Shown here: piece after piece, positions 9,831 to 22,067 of the stretch
Position numbering within the stretch: the stretch's first letter is position 1
How the letters are laid out: the number at the start of each line of letters is the position of its first letter
NCBI GenBank assembly: GCA_039630295.1
Contig: JBCNVH010000009.1
Span: 1-50,526 of the forward strand
Length of the DNA: 50,526 bases
Source: Aquificaceae bacterium
Lineage (GTDB): Bacteria > Aquificota > Aquificia > Aquificales > Aquificaceae
Reading direction: 5' to 3'
Program-made: the position numbers and the translations under genes
The notes under the pieces: generated by a model
The model's input: only the letters and a program-made list of their open reading frames with translations
Database searches by the model: none
Told to the model about the DNA's origin: nothing

Positions 9831-10781
9831 ATGTATCTGGACTTCGAGAAGGAACTCCAGGAATTAAATCAAAAGATAGAACAGCTGAAAAGGCTTTATG
9901 CCCTCGGGGACAGGGAGAAGGAAAGAGAACTCAGAAAGCTACAGAGAGACTTCAGAAAGCTCAGCAGGGAAACCTATTCAAAGCTTGAACCCTGGGAGAG
10001 GGTGCTGGTAGCAAGACATCCCCAAAGACCCCATGCCCTGGACTACATAAACCTCATCTTCAAAAACTTTATGGAGCTCCATGGAGATAGGTGTTTTGGT
10101 GACGATAAAGCCATAGTGGCGGGCTTTGCCTACCTGGACCATATGCCGGTGGCGGTCATAGGACAGGAAAAGGGAAGGACCACGAAGGAGAAAATGGAAA
10201 GGAACTTTGGCATGCCACACCCGGAAGGCTACAGGAAAGCCATAAGAGTGGCAAAGCTGGCGGAGAGTTACCGGATGCCGGTGATAACCCTCATAGACAC
10301 GCCGGGTGCTTATCCGGGTATAGGGGCGGAGGAAAGGGGTCAGTCAGAGGCGATAGCTCAGAGCCTATACACCTTTGGATACCTGAGGGTGCCCACTCTG
10401 GCGGTGGTTCTCGGTGAGGGTGGGTCTGGTGGAGCTCTTGCCCTGGGAGTTGCCAACAGGATTTTTATGCTCCAGAATGCGGTTTACTCGGTCATATCTC
10501 CGGAGGGTTGTGCTGCCATCCTCTGGAAAGACCAGAGCAAGACAAGAGAGGCATCGAAGGTTCTCAAGCTCACCGCCCAGGACCTTCTCAAGCTCGGAGT
10601 CATAGATGCCATAATTCCCGAGCCTCTGGGTGCTTCCCACTGGGACCATCGCAGGAGTGCGAGAATACTCAAACGCTTCCTCAGAAAGGGCTTGAGAGAG
10701 CTCCTAAAACTGGGACAGGAGGAGCTGGTGGAGGAGAGGATGAGGAAGTTTGAGAGGATGGGAGCCTTCATAGAGACATGA
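9831..10781 (+). CDS. accA: Acetyl-CoA carboxylase carboxyltransferase alpha subunit
   Basis: MYLDFEK start (the longer ORF overlaps the tRNA), ARHPQRP, NFGMPHPEGYRKA, DTPGAYPG, GEGGSGGA, YSVISPEG. Confidence 0.97.
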   Translation: MYLDFEKELQELNQKIEQLKRLYALGDREKERELRKLQRDFRKLSRETYSKLEPWERVLVARHPQRPHALDYINLIFKNFMELHGDRCFGDDKAIVAGFAYLDHMPVAVIGQEKGRTTKEKMERNFGMPHPEGYRKAIRVAKLAESYRMPVITLIDTPGAYPGIGAEERGQSEAIAQSLYTFGYLRVPTLAVVLGEGGSGGALALGVANRIFMLQNAVYSVISPEGCAAILWKDQSKTREASKVLKLTAQDLLKLGVIDAIIPEPLGASHWDHRRSARILKRFLRKGLRELLKLGQEELVEERMRKFERMGAFIET

Positions 10782-12800
10782 GCTTTCTGTGTGTCCACTG
10801 CCATTTTCACCAGCCACCCAGAGAAAACCCCTATCTGGGTCTCCCACCGCTGGAACCCACCGCAAGACCTTACGAAAACTGGAACGAGAGGATATTCAGA
10901 GAATCTTACCTGCCTAACCTTTATGCCCATTACAGAAGAGAAGGTAAGCTGGTCAAAGTGGTGAACAACTACGGGCGGGTGAGCTTTAACTTTACCTTTA
11001 GCCTCCTTTCCTGGCTGAGGAGAGAAAAACCCTGGTTTGTGGAGAAGTTGAGAGCCTGCCGCAGGAACGCCATAGCTACCAGCTTTAACCATACCATACT
11101 ACCCCTTGACCCGGAGGAAGACAGGGAGGTGCAGATAGTCTGGATAAGAGCCTTCGAGAAGGTTTTCGGAAAAAAGGCAAGAGGCTTCTGGCTTCCCGAG
11201 CTGGCGGTAGACAGAAAGACGCTCTCTATACTTCTGAAACATGGCATAAGCTACGTGATACTTGCACCCCATCAGGTGAAGGAAAGAGGCACCTTTCTCA
11301 GGCATCAACTCTCCGGGGGGCACATAGACATTTTTGTTTACGATGGCGAGCTTTCTCAGGGTGTAGCCTTTGGCGAGCTCACAAACAACATGGAAGAGCT
11401 CATCAAAAGGGTAAGGAATAGAAAGGGGCTCACACTTGTGGCGGTGGATGGAGAGACCTTCGGACACCACAAGAAGTTTGGTGAGATGGGACTTGCCTAT
11501 CTCATAGAGAACTACCCAAACATGAAAACCCTTGAAGAGGTCTACGAGCTTCTCAAGCCCAGCGGTGAGACGGATATAGTGGAGTTCACCTCCTGGAGTT
11601 GTGCTCACGGGGTAGAAAGGTGGAGGTCTGACTGTGGATGCTCGGCGGGTGGTATGCCCGGCTGGCAACAGAGGTGGAGGGGACCAATGAGGGAGGCCCT
11701 CGAGAGGCTCAGGTCAGAGGTAAAGCGGAGGCTCTTTCCTGTCCTTGAAAAATACACCCGCGACCCGGAGGAAGCCCTCTTTGACTTCGTGGAGGTGCTT
11801 ATGGGGGGCTCGAAAGAAGAATACTTCAGAAGGCATATGAAAAAGGAGCTCAGCAGAGAAGAAAGAAGGCTTATCCTTAGACATCTTTACGCTTATAAGT
11901 ATATAAGCTACGCCTTTTCCTCCGACGGCTGGTTCTTTGCAGACCTCTCCGGTATAGAGGCGGTCAAGAACCTCCTCTTTGCCAAAAGAGCCATAGACCT
12001 AATCGGGGATGGAGAGCTGGAAGAAGATTTCCTTAACATCATAGGAGAAGCCCCAGGCAACCTGCAGAGCTATGCCAACGGCTTTATGGTATGGCATAAG
12101 CTCGTGCTACCTCATGTAATCTCACAGAAAAGACTTTTGAGCTCTCTTGTGGCCCTTGAGCTGTCCGATGTGATACCGCAGGAGGGAGAGCTGGGTAAAT
12201 ATGCTTACCGGGTAGAGGGTTTTGAGCCCTGGAAGGTCCGGGTAGAGGACAGGGAAACGGAGGAAGAGTTTGAGTCGCTGGAGGACCTCAAGGACTTCAG
12301 GCTGGAACGCATGCCTCAACCTCTTCGCAGCTGGTTACTTAACCGCTGGGCGGTTGGCTATCTTGAGGCGGATGTGGGGTTTACGGAGGGCTATGAGGGT
12401 CTTCTTGAGGACCTTCTCCTGCGCGCCCGCGGCGAGACCTTTGAGGTGGAGGGGCTGATGAGGTCAAAGGTTCAGGCTCACATGAGGTTAAAGCTCTACC
12501 TGCTTCTGAAAGCCTTGGCACCTCTGGAAAGGGTATGTGAGGTTTTTAAAAAGGCGGACAGTCTCATGCTTGATGTAAGGGATGAGTTTATAAAGTTCTG
12601 TCTTGAGACCTACATAGGCGAAAGGGTTCGAAGGGGGCTTTCGGAGGAAGAGGCAAGAGCTCTGGCGGACTTTGTTAAGGAATACAACGGTAAGGTGGGT
12701 AGCATGGAACTTATGATAAACCTCTGGGAGCTCCAGAACTGGGCCTGGAAACAGGGCAATTCTGAGTCAGGAAACCCTGAAGCTTCTGGAGTTTGCGTAA
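10778..12800 (+). CDS. Glycoside hydrolase family 57 / DUF3536 protein (probable indel near 12750)
   Basis: HCHFHQPPRENP, GFWLPE, DGETFGHH, SWSCAHGVERW, SSDGWFF. An alternative frame gives NRAILSQETLKLLEFA* ending at 12800, which removes a 100-nt overlap with pncB. Confidence 0.85.
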
Positions 12801-12810
12801 AATTAATAAC

Positions 12811-14070
12811 ATGTCTTCCACAGCCCTTCTCACAGACCTTTACGAGCTTACCATGGCTCAGGCTTATCTTGAGGCAGGCAAGAGGGGAAGGGCGGTCTTC
12901 AGCCTTTTTGTAAGAAAACTGCCGGAGAACAGAAACTTCCTCGTATCCTGTGGTCTTGAGCCCCTGCTGGAACATCTTCAGAACTTCAGGTTTACAGAAG
13001 AGGAGCTTAAGTATCTCAGGTCTCTGGGGCTCTTTAAAGGGTGGTTTCTGGACTATCTGGAAGCTTACGAGTTCAGAGGTGACCTCTACGCCATAGGAGA
13101 GGGCAGGGTAGTCTTTCAGAAGGAGCCTCTGGTGCAGGTGGAAGGTCCTCTGCCGGAGGTGCAGTTGCTGGAGACTTTGGTCATAAACCTAATCCACTAC
13201 AATGTCCTGCTGGCTTCCAAGTCCGCCAGATGCTACATAGCCTCAAGGGGCAGGACGCTCGTGGATTTTGGGCTCAGAAGGGCACACGGCTTCGATGCGG
13301 GTCTATACGGTGCCAGAGCTTCCTACATAACAGGTTTTGCGGGCACTTCCAACCTTCTGGCGGGCAAAAGGTATTCCTTGCCCGTGTTTGGCACTATGGC
13401 TCATTCCTTTGTGATGGTTTTTGAGGAAGAGGAGGAAGCCTTCAGGTCTTTTGCAAAGAGCTTTCCAGATAGGACAGTTTTGCTCATAGACACCTACGAT
13501 ACTCTGCAGGGTGCAAGAAAAGCCCTCGAGCTCCTGAAGGAAGGTATAAAGGTGGTGGGTGTTCGTATAGACAGCGGTGATATGGAAAAGCTTAGCAAGG
13601 AGGTAAGGGCTATCTTTGACAGAGAAGGTTTCCGGGATGTAAAGATAGTGGTCAGCGGTGGGCTGGAGGAGAGAGATATAGACCTCTGGCTATCCAGAGG
13701 TGCGCCCATAGATATATTTGGTGTGGGGACAAAACTTCTCACCTCTTCGGACGCACCCTATCTGGACATAGCCTACAAGCTGGTAGAATACGAAGGGAAG
13801 CCAAAGTTCAAACTTAGCCCCGGAAAGGAAACCCTCCCTTACAAAAGGCAGGTGATAAGGCGTTACGAGGGAGGTTTCATGTCCTCTGACCTGGTGGTCC
13901 CCTACAGAGAGGGTGGGCTTGTGGAGCTCGTCTGCAAGGAGGGCAAACTCCTGAAACCCCTACCCTCTCTAAAGGAAATAAGGGAAACCTTTATGGAAGA
14001 GCTCTCAAGGCTTCCACCGGAGCTGAAATCTCTTGAAAAAGTGGCGGAATACAGGGTTCTTGTCTCTTGA
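12811..14070 (+). CDS. pncB: Nicotinate phosphoribosyltransferase
   Basis: LLTDLYELTM, DFGLRRAH, GTMAHS, LIDTYD, GVRIDSG, FGVGT. Confidence 0.95.
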   Translation: MSSTALLTDLYELTMAQAYLEAGKRGRAVFSLFVRKLPENRNFLVSCGLEPLLEHLQNFRFTEEELKYLRSLGLFKGWFLDYLEAYEFRGDLYAIGEGRVVFQKEPLVQVEGPLPEVQLLETLVINLIHYNVLLASKSARCYIASRGRTLVDFGLRRAHGFDAGLYGARASYITGFAGTSNLLAGKRYSLPVFGTMAHSFVMVFEEEEEAFRSFAKSFPDRTVLLIDTYDTLQGARKALELLKEGIKVVGVRIDSGDMEKLSKEVRAIFDREGFRDVKIVVSGGLEERDIDLWLSRGAPIDIFGVGTKLLTSSDAPYLDIAYKLVEYEGKPKFKLSPGKETLPYKRQVIRRYEGGFMSSDLVVPYREGGLVELVCKEGKLLKPLPSLKEIRETFMEELSRLPPELKSLEKVAEYRVLVS

Positions 14071-14122
14071 TGATGCCCTCCTTTTGTATATAATAAAAAG
14101 CATTAAAGGAAGGAGGTTCGGA

Positions 14123-14353
14123 ATGAGTAGAAGACCAGGCGTGGAGGAGGCTTTAAAAAGGGTATCCTCCAGATATGAGCTTGTCCATGCGTCCGCAAAA
14201 CGGGTAAAACAGCTCCTTGAGCGCGGGGAGGACATATTCATAAGAGACAGGGCAAGGGGTGAACTCATAAAGAAGACCTTTCAGGCTATAGAAGACATAG
14301 CACAGGGTAAGGTGCAGGTGGTAAGGCTCAGGAAGGGGTCTGAAGGTGGTTAA
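14123..14353 (+). CDS. rpoZ: RNA polymerase omega subunit
   Basis: SRYELVHASAKRVKQL...AIEDIAQG. SD AAGGAGG, with TTGATG-16-TATAAT (14067-14094) upstream. Confidence 0.9.
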   Translation: MSRRPGVEEALKRVSSRYELVHASAKRVKQLLERGEDIFIRDRARGELIKKTFQAIEDIAQGKVQVVRLRKGSEGG

Positions 14354-14753
14354 AAGCCTGCTCTTTCTGCACCTTCTCTTTGCTATGGTGTGGATAGGGG
14401 GTATGGTATACAGTCTCCTCTTTCTAAGACCCTCTCTGAAGGAGCTCGCTCAGGAAGAGCAAAGGCAGAGGTTTTTAAAGTCCGTCTTTTCGCGCTTTTT
14501 CTCCGCAGTCTGGCTCTCCCTTCTGGTTCTTTTCCTGACGGGTATGGGTCTCTGGCACGGCTACAGAAAGGACTTCTCCGAGAACCCTCTTTTTCATGCA
14601 AAACTCTTCCTCTTTGCTCTAATGACACTGGTCTTTGTATACCTATACTTTTTCCTCTTTAGAAGGGGGAAGCTATCTCAGGTGCCCAATCTGGTGGCGG
14701 TGAACCTAATTCTTGGACTTCTGGTCCTTTTGATAATAACTTACATAAGCTGA
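14346..14753 (+). CDS. CopD/DUF4149-like four-TM membrane protein
   Basis: LHLLFAMVWIGG, LTG, HAKL motifs. Confidence 0.65.
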   Translation: MVKSLLFLHLLFAMVWIGGMVYSLLFLRPSLKELAQEEQRQRFLKSVFSRFFSAVWLSLLVLFLTGMGLWHGYRKDFSENPLFHAKLFLFALMTLVFVYLYFFLFRRGKLSQVPNLVAVNLILGLLVLLIITYIS

Positions 14754-14754
14754 T

Positions 14755-16407
14755 ATGTTAGTTCTTTTTCTCATACTGCCCTTATTTTTCTCCTGGGCTC
14801 AGCTGCCGGAGGAATACGAGCTCCTTATAAAATACAGACAGAGTGGAGACCCTTCTCTGGCATACAGAATTCTTAGGGAATACCCTCATGCGGTATTCAG
14901 GGATGAACTCCTGCTCCTTTTAGCTAAGGAGGAAAACTCAAAGGGCAGGAAAGAGCAATCTCGCAGGCTTTTAGAGGAGATAAACCCCGCTAATCTCAGA
15001 GAGGAGCTGAAGAGCTCCTATGTGGACCTCTGGAAGGAGCTGGAACTTGACCCAAAGTCAGGCTTTCTGAAAGCTCCCTCCCTTTTCAGAGAGTTCATAC
15101 CCGGTCTGAAGCTATCTGAAGAGGAAGCCCTTAAAGCCTCCGAGGAGCTCTTCAGAAGACGTTACTACAGAGATGTGATTGCCCTTCTTGAGCCCCTTGA
15201 CTTTCAGAAGGTTTGTTACCTGCTTGGCAGGTCCTATCAGGCTCTGAAGGAAGGTAAGAGAGCTCTGGAAGTGTTTGAAAGGTGCGAGGACCAGAGGGGT
15301 AGGGTGGAGCTTGCCCTCCTGCACTTTGACCTTGGGAACAGGGAAAGGGTTGAAAAGACCCTCTCGGAGATAAGTGACCGAGAACTTCTGTCTGAAGCCT
15401 TCTTCAGGCTGGGAAGACTCAGTCTCTACGCAGGCAGGTATGGAGAAGCCCTTGAGTATTTTGGGCGTATGCAGCCCTCCTACAGGAGGGAGTTCAACCT
15501 GGGGCTTGCCTATTACATCAAAGGTGAGTATTTAAAGGCTTACGAGAGTTTCCTCAGGTCTGTGAACTACAGCGGAAAGGGAGAAGAGAGGTCCGCAGGC
15601 TACTTCTGGGCTTATAAGAGCTCCCTGCTCTTTGACAGAAACAGAGCGGATGAGTATCTGATAAAGGCTGCTAACGGTGCGGGTTTTTACCATGCGGTGG
15701 CAAGCGCCATGCTCGGTCTTCCTGTGGCAAGCAGAGCTATGAGGGTGGTTATGCAGGATGAAACCCTGCCAAAAACCGCAAGGACCATAAGGGCTATATG
15801 GTCCGCAGGCTTTCCTGAATACGCAAGACTTGAAGCCTTCAGACGCATAAGGGAGCTCTCCTCTTCTGACATCCTGTCTCTCTCAAGTCTTGACCCTTAT
15901 CTGGCGGTGAGGCTTGCGGTGAAAAAGTATGGATACGGTAGTTTTGTCTACAATGCGGTTGCCTTTCCAAAGCCTTACAGAGAAATCGTAGAAAGGGCTT
16001 CAAGGAAATACGGAGTGGAAACAGCCCTCATATACGCGGTCATGAGGCAGGAAAGCCTTTTTGACCCCTATGCGGTTTCGGTGGCAAAGGCAAGAGGACT
16101 CATGCAACTCATAGACAGCACCGCCCAGTTCATGGCAAAGAGAGAGGGGTTTCAGATAAGGAACATATATGACCCGGAGACCAACATAACCCTTGGCACC
16201 GCCTACCTTAGGCACATGCTGGACCAGTGGAAGGGAGACCTGGTTCGAAGCCTTGCCAGCTACAATGCGGGACCCACAAGGGTAAGGGGTTGGCAGAGGC
16301 AGGAGGACGAGTATCTCTTCATAGAGACCATACCCATAGGGGAAACCAGAGACTATGTCAAAAAGGTGCTCTACAACTACTATGTCTACCTGGAGCTCCT
16401 AAAGTGA
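14755..16407 (+). CDS. Soluble lytic transglycosylase with TPR-like N-terminus
   Basis: MRQES, GLMQL, ASYNAG, ETRDYVKKV. Confidence 0.92.
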   Translation: MLVLFLILPLFFSWAQLPEEYELLIKYRQSGDPSLAYRILREYPHAVFRDELLLLLAKEENSKGRKEQSRRLLEEINPANLREELKSSYVDLWKELELDPKSGFLKAPSLFREFIPGLKLSEEEALKASEELFRRRYYRDVIALLEPLDFQKVCYLLGRSYQALKEGKRALEVFERCEDQRGRVELALLHFDLGNRERVEKTLSEISDRELLSEAFFRLGRLSLYAGRYGEALEYFGRMQPSYRREFNLGLAYYIKGEYLKAYESFLRSVNYSGKGEERSAGYFWAYKSSLLFDRNRADEYLIKAANGAGFYHAVASAMLGLPVASRAMRVVMQDETLPKTARTIRAIWSAGFPEYARLEAFRRIRELSSSDILSLSSLDPYLAVRLAVKKYGYGSFVYNAVAFPKPYREIVERASRKYGVETALIYAVMRQESLFDPYAVSVAKARGLMQLIDSTAQFMAKREGFQIRNIYDPETNITLGTAYLRHMLDQWKGDLVRSLASYNAGPTRVRGWQRQEDEYLFIETIPIGETRDYVKKVLYNYYVYLELLK

Positions 16408-17673
16408 GGCAACAGCCCTCTCTATCCTCTCAAGGGCAAGGTCTATGTCCTCTTCTGTGTGTGCGGTGCTCAAAAACCAGGCTTCAAACTGGGCGGGTGG
16501 AATAAGAATGCCTTCTCTCAGCAGTGACCGGAAGAACCTTCCAAAGAGTTCTCTGTCGGAGCTCTTTGCGGTCTCATAGTCGTAGACCTCTCTCTCGGTG
16601 AAGAAGAGGGTAAACATGGAGGCTATCTGGTTTATGCGGTGTGGTATACCCTTACGAGAGAGCACCTCTTCTATACCTGAGGTGAGCCTTTTTGTGAGCC
16701 TTTCAAGCTCCTGATAGGGGTTGAGACGGAAGAGCTCCCTGAGGGTTGCGATGCCCGCCACCATGGAGAGGGGATTACCGGAGAGGGTTCCCGCCTGATA
16801 GACCGGTCCTTCTGGTGCCACCTTTTCCATGATTTCTCTTCTACCGCCGTAGGCACCCAGAGGCATACCACCCCCGATAATCTTACCCATACAGGTTATG
16901 TCCGGCTCACTTACAAAGAGCTCCTGTGCACCACCCTTCGAAAGCCTGAAGTTGGTTATAACCTCATCGTATATGACCAGGGCTCCATAACTGCGCGTTA
17001 TGTCCCTTATGGTTTCCAGAAAGCCCTGCTGTGGGAGGACAACGCCCATGTTCCCAGCCACCGGTTCCACTATCACACAGGCTATCTCCTCTCCGTATCT
17101 TCTGAAGACATCTTCAAGAGCTCCCACATCGTTGTAAGACACCACCAGAGTGAGCCTTGCCACTTCCTCCGGCACGCCGGGTGTTCCGGGAATGCCAAGG
17201 GTGGCAACACCGGAGCCGGCGCTTACGAGAAGAGAGTCTGCGTGCCCGTGGTAACAGCCGTCAAACTTAACCACATATCTCCTGCCCGTGTAGCCTCTGG
17301 CGAGCCTTATGGCGGACATGGTGGCTTCCGTTCCAGAGGACACAAACCTCACCATCTCCACGGAGGGCATGGCGGACACCACCAGCTCCGCAAGGGTTAT
17401 CTCATGTATGTGGGTTAGACCGTAGGAAAGTCCCTTCTGAACCTGCTCACTTACCACTCTTACAACTGCAGGATGGGCATGACCGAGGATGAGCGGTCCC
17501 CAGGACATGAGAAAGTCTATGTATTCTTTACCTTCCACATCCCAGAGCCTGGACCCCTGCGCCCTTGCCACAAGAATGGGTTCACCACCCACAGCCTTGA
17601 AAGCCCTTACCGGTGAACTGACACCACCCGGCATAAGGTTTTTTGCCTTTTGGAAGAGTTCACTGTTTTTCAT
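16399..17673 (-). CDS. hemL: Glutamate-1-semialdehyde 2,1-aminomutase
   Basis: MPGGVSSPVRAF, SGTEA, GCYHGH, GKIIGGG, YQAGTLSGNP. Start at ATG 17673 after GGAGG. Confidence 0.97.
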   Translation of the reverse strand: MKNSELFQKAKNLMPGGVSSPVRAFKAVGGEPILVARAQGSRLWDVEGKEYIDFLMSWGPLILGHAHPAVVRVVSEQVQKGLSYGLTHIHEITLAELVVSAMPSVEMVRFVSSGTEATMSAIRLARGYTGRRYVVKFDGCYHGHADSLLVSAGSGVATLGIPGTPGVPEEVARLTLVVSYNDVGALEDVFRRYGEEIACVIVEPVAGNMGVVLPQQGFLETIRDITRSYGALVIYDEVITNFRLSKGGAQELFVSEPDITCMGKIIGGGMPLGAYGGRREIMEKVAPEGPVYQAGTLSGNPLSMVAGIATLRELFRLNPYQELERLTKRLTSGIEEVLSRKGIPHRINQIASMFTLFFTEREVYDYETAKSSDRELFGRFFRSLLREGILIPPAQFEAWFLSTAHTEEDIDLALERIERAVASL

Positions 17674-17760
17674 CAGAGCCTCCAACCTTAAAACTTTTCT
17701 TTACACAAGCCAGCGTATATTATAATCTTAACCCTTTAGACCACCGGCGGAGGTAGCAGT

Positions 17761-18990
17761 ATGGCAAAGACCCTCGGTCTTAAGTGTAGAGAGTGCGGTA
17801 GAGAATATCCTGTAGAACCCATGCATGTATGCGAGTTCTGTTTTGGACCTCTGGAGGTAAAGTATGACTACGAAGAAATAAAGTGCAGGATAAGCAGAGA
17901 AAAAATAGAGAAAGGACCAAAAAGTCTCTGGCGCTATGTAGACCTCCTGCCCGTGGAAGAGCCGAAGGTGGGTCTAAGCGCAGGCTTCACACCCCTGAAA
18001 AAGGCGGAGAACCTGGGGAAGGTGCTGGGGCTCTCCAACCTCTACATAAAGGATGACTCGGTAAACCACCCCACCCTTTCCTTCAAGGACAGGGTTGTAT
18101 CTGTAGCCATATCCAGAGCTATAGAGTTTGGTTTTGATACGGTTGCCTGCGCCTCCACCGGAAACCTTGCCAACTCGGTGGCGAGCCACGCATCGCAGGC
18201 CGGTCTCAACTGTTTTGTCTTCATACCAGCTAACCTGGAGTCTCAGAAGATATACGGAAGTCTTGTCTTTTCACCCACAGTGGTGGCGGTGGAAGGCACT
18301 TACGACGATGTAAACAGGCTATGTTCTGAGATAGCCAGCGAGCTCCAGTGGGCTTTTGTGAACATAAACATAAGACCCTTCTATGCGGAGGGTTCCAAAA
18401 CCCTTGCCTTTGAGGTGGTGGAACAGCTTGGCTGGAGAGCACCCGACGCGGTAGTGGCACCGGCTGCCTCCGGCTCACTGATAACCAAGATATGGAAGGG
18501 TCTTAGAGAAATGGTAAAGGTGGGGCTTATAGAAGAGATGAACACAAGAGTTTACGGGGCTCAGGCGGAGGGATGCTCCCCCATAGCTCAGGCGTGGAGA
18601 GAGGGAAGGGACTTTATAAAGCCTGTGCGACCCAGCACCATAGCAAAATCTATAGCCATAGGTAACCCTGCGGACGGCATATACGCCCTTCAGGTCACAA
18701 GAGATAGCGGTGGGGACTGGGAAACGGCCACCGACGAGGAAATCATAGAGGGTATAAAGCTCCTTGCGGAGACAGAGGGTATATTCACGGAGACCGCAGG
18801 GGGAACAACCATAGCGGTTCTGAAAAAGCTCGTCCAGAAAGGCGCCTTTGGGGAAGAGGAAGTGGTGGTAGCCTACATAACAGGCAACGGCTACAAGACC
18901 ATGGAGGTTCTGGACAGCCGCCTGAAGGAAACACTCCACATAAAGCCAAGCCTTGCGGACTTTAAAGAGAAGATACTCACCCGTGTTTAA
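17761..18990 (+). CDS. thrC: Threonine synthase
   Basis: N-terminal Zn ribbon, PTLSFKDR, ASTGN, EGSKT, TGNGYK. Confidence 0.9.
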   Translation: MAKTLGLKCRECGREYPVEPMHVCEFCFGPLEVKYDYEEIKCRISREKIEKGPKSLWRYVDLLPVEEPKVGLSAGFTPLKKAENLGKVLGLSNLYIKDDSVNHPTLSFKDRVVSVAISRAIEFGFDTVACASTGNLANSVASHASQAGLNCFVFIPANLESQKIYGSLVFSPTVVAVEGTYDDVNRLCSEIASELQWAFVNINIRPFYAEGSKTLAFEVVEQLGWRAPDAVVAPAASGSLITKIWKGLREMVKVGLIEEMNTRVYGAQAEGCSPIAQAWREGRDFIKPVRPSTIAKSIAIGNPADGIYALQVTRDSGGDWETATDEEIIEGIKLLAETEGIFTETAGGTTIAVLKKLVQKGAFGEEEVVVAYITGNGYKTMEVLDSRLKETLHIKPSLADFKEKILTRV

Positions 18991-19429
18991 ACTCCTTCTT
19001 CTTCTCCTATTTTTCCTGTTCTCCTGCGGTGGTGATAGACTTCCCAGGGTGCAGGTGAGAACCCTTGACAACAGGGTTGTCTATCTCTCCGACTACAGGG
19101 GGAAGGATACTCTGCTCTATGTATGGAGCAAAACCTGTGCAGGACACTCAAAAGACCTGAAGGAGTTAAACAGGCTTGTGGAAGAGAGAAAGGACTTTTT
19201 AATCATATCCTATGCGGTAGCCATGACCTCCGAGGATGTGCTGAGGAGTTACCGCGAGCTGGGCATAAAGGACAATTTCCTCACGCTGATAGACACGGAG
19301 GTGCGTTTTAACGACCACATCCCCATAACCTTTCTACCCTCCACCTATCTCTTTGACAAAAAGGGAAAGCTCCTGAAAATCCAGCCCGGGCTCTACATAC
19401 CTGCTTCCAGCAGGGATAGTTCTTTCTGA
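18983..19429 (+). CDS. TlpA/redoxin-like lipoprotein with CxxH site
   Basis: GTG start overlapping the thrC stop, lipobox LFSC, LSDYRGK, WSKTCAGH, LPSTYLFDKKG. Confidence 0.75.
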   Translation: MFKLLLLLLFFLFSCGGDRLPRVQVRTLDNRVVYLSDYRGKDTLLYVWSKTCAGHSKDLKELNRLVEERKDFLIISYAVAMTSEDVLRSYRELGIKDNFLTLIDTEVRFNDHIPITFLPSTYLFDKKGKLLKIQPGLYIPASSRDSSF

Positions 19430-19477
19430 TAGTTCAGCCTTTCATCGTGAAGGTCGGGCGACTTTATAATGTTATGC

Positions 19478-20242
19478 ATGCATCCTATACTGGAAAAGGT
19501 GAAGCTCTCTGAAAAGGCCTGTCTACTGAAGGTTAAGGCGGAGCATATTTCAAGGGCTCTGCCCGGTCAGTTCGTAATGCTTCAGCACACAGAAGTCTCC
19601 GAACCTGTGCCTCTCAGCATACTGGAGGCTGGCGAGGGTTATTTTACCTGTCTTGTGAAGGGTGTGGGCAGGTCCACCCTTGAACTGATGGAGGAGGCGG
19701 AGAACCTCTTCTATGTGGCAGGACCCCTCGGAAAACCCTTTCCCCTTGAACATTACCGCAGGGTAGCCTTCTACACCCACTCCTGGGGTATAGCACCCGC
19801 CCTTAACGTGGCAAGAGCTCTAAAGGCTCAGGGAAACAGTCTCCTGCTCTTCCATACATCAGAGGATTTTTACCTGCAGGAAGAGGCTAAGAGGGTCTTC
19901 GATGAGATCATACACGATGAAGAGCTCAGAGCTCTCCAGGTGGACCTGGTGGTATCTGCGGGCAGTAACAGGCTGTCGAAAAGTTTAACTTCTATCTACA
20001 GTCATAAGCCGGTGATAAGTATGGTTAACATCCATATGCTGGATGCGGTAGGGCTCTGTCTGGTATGCAGGGTTCTTGTAGAGGGAAAGCAGAAGCTGGC
20101 TTGCACCGATGGTCCCTGGTTTGAAGCCCACCTGGTGGACTGGGATAACCTTATAGAAAGAGAAAGTGCTTACGAGGAACAGGAAAAGCTGGCACTTGAG
20201 GAATACAGAAAAACCCTGAGGAGAAAAAGCCTTAAGGGTTGA
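19478..20242 (+). CDS. FNR-like flavoprotein with [2Fe-2S] (NfnA/SudB/PyrK family)
   Basis: PGQFVM, PLSI, GPLG, MLDAVGLCLVCRV...ACTDGP. Confidence 0.8.
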   Translation: MHPILEKVKLSEKACLLKVKAEHISRALPGQFVMLQHTEVSEPVPLSILEAGEGYFTCLVKGVGRSTLELMEEAENLFYVAGPLGKPFPLEHYRRVAFYTHSWGIAPALNVARALKAQGNSLLLFHTSEDFYLQEEAKRVFDEIIHDEELRALQVDLVVSAGSNRLSKSLTSIYSHKPVISMVNIHMLDAVGLCLVCRVLVEGKQKLACTDGPWFEAHLVDWDNLIERESAYEEQEKLALEEYRKTLRRKSLKG

Positions 20243-20267
20243 AAGGTTTTATAATTTCCCACTGAGA

Positions 20268-22063
<1,796 letters not shown>

Positions 22064-22067
<4 letters not shown>

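Noticed and set aside
12801-12913. Long GH57/pncB overlap
   Set aside because: Explained by an indel near 12750. The corrected stop is at 12800.
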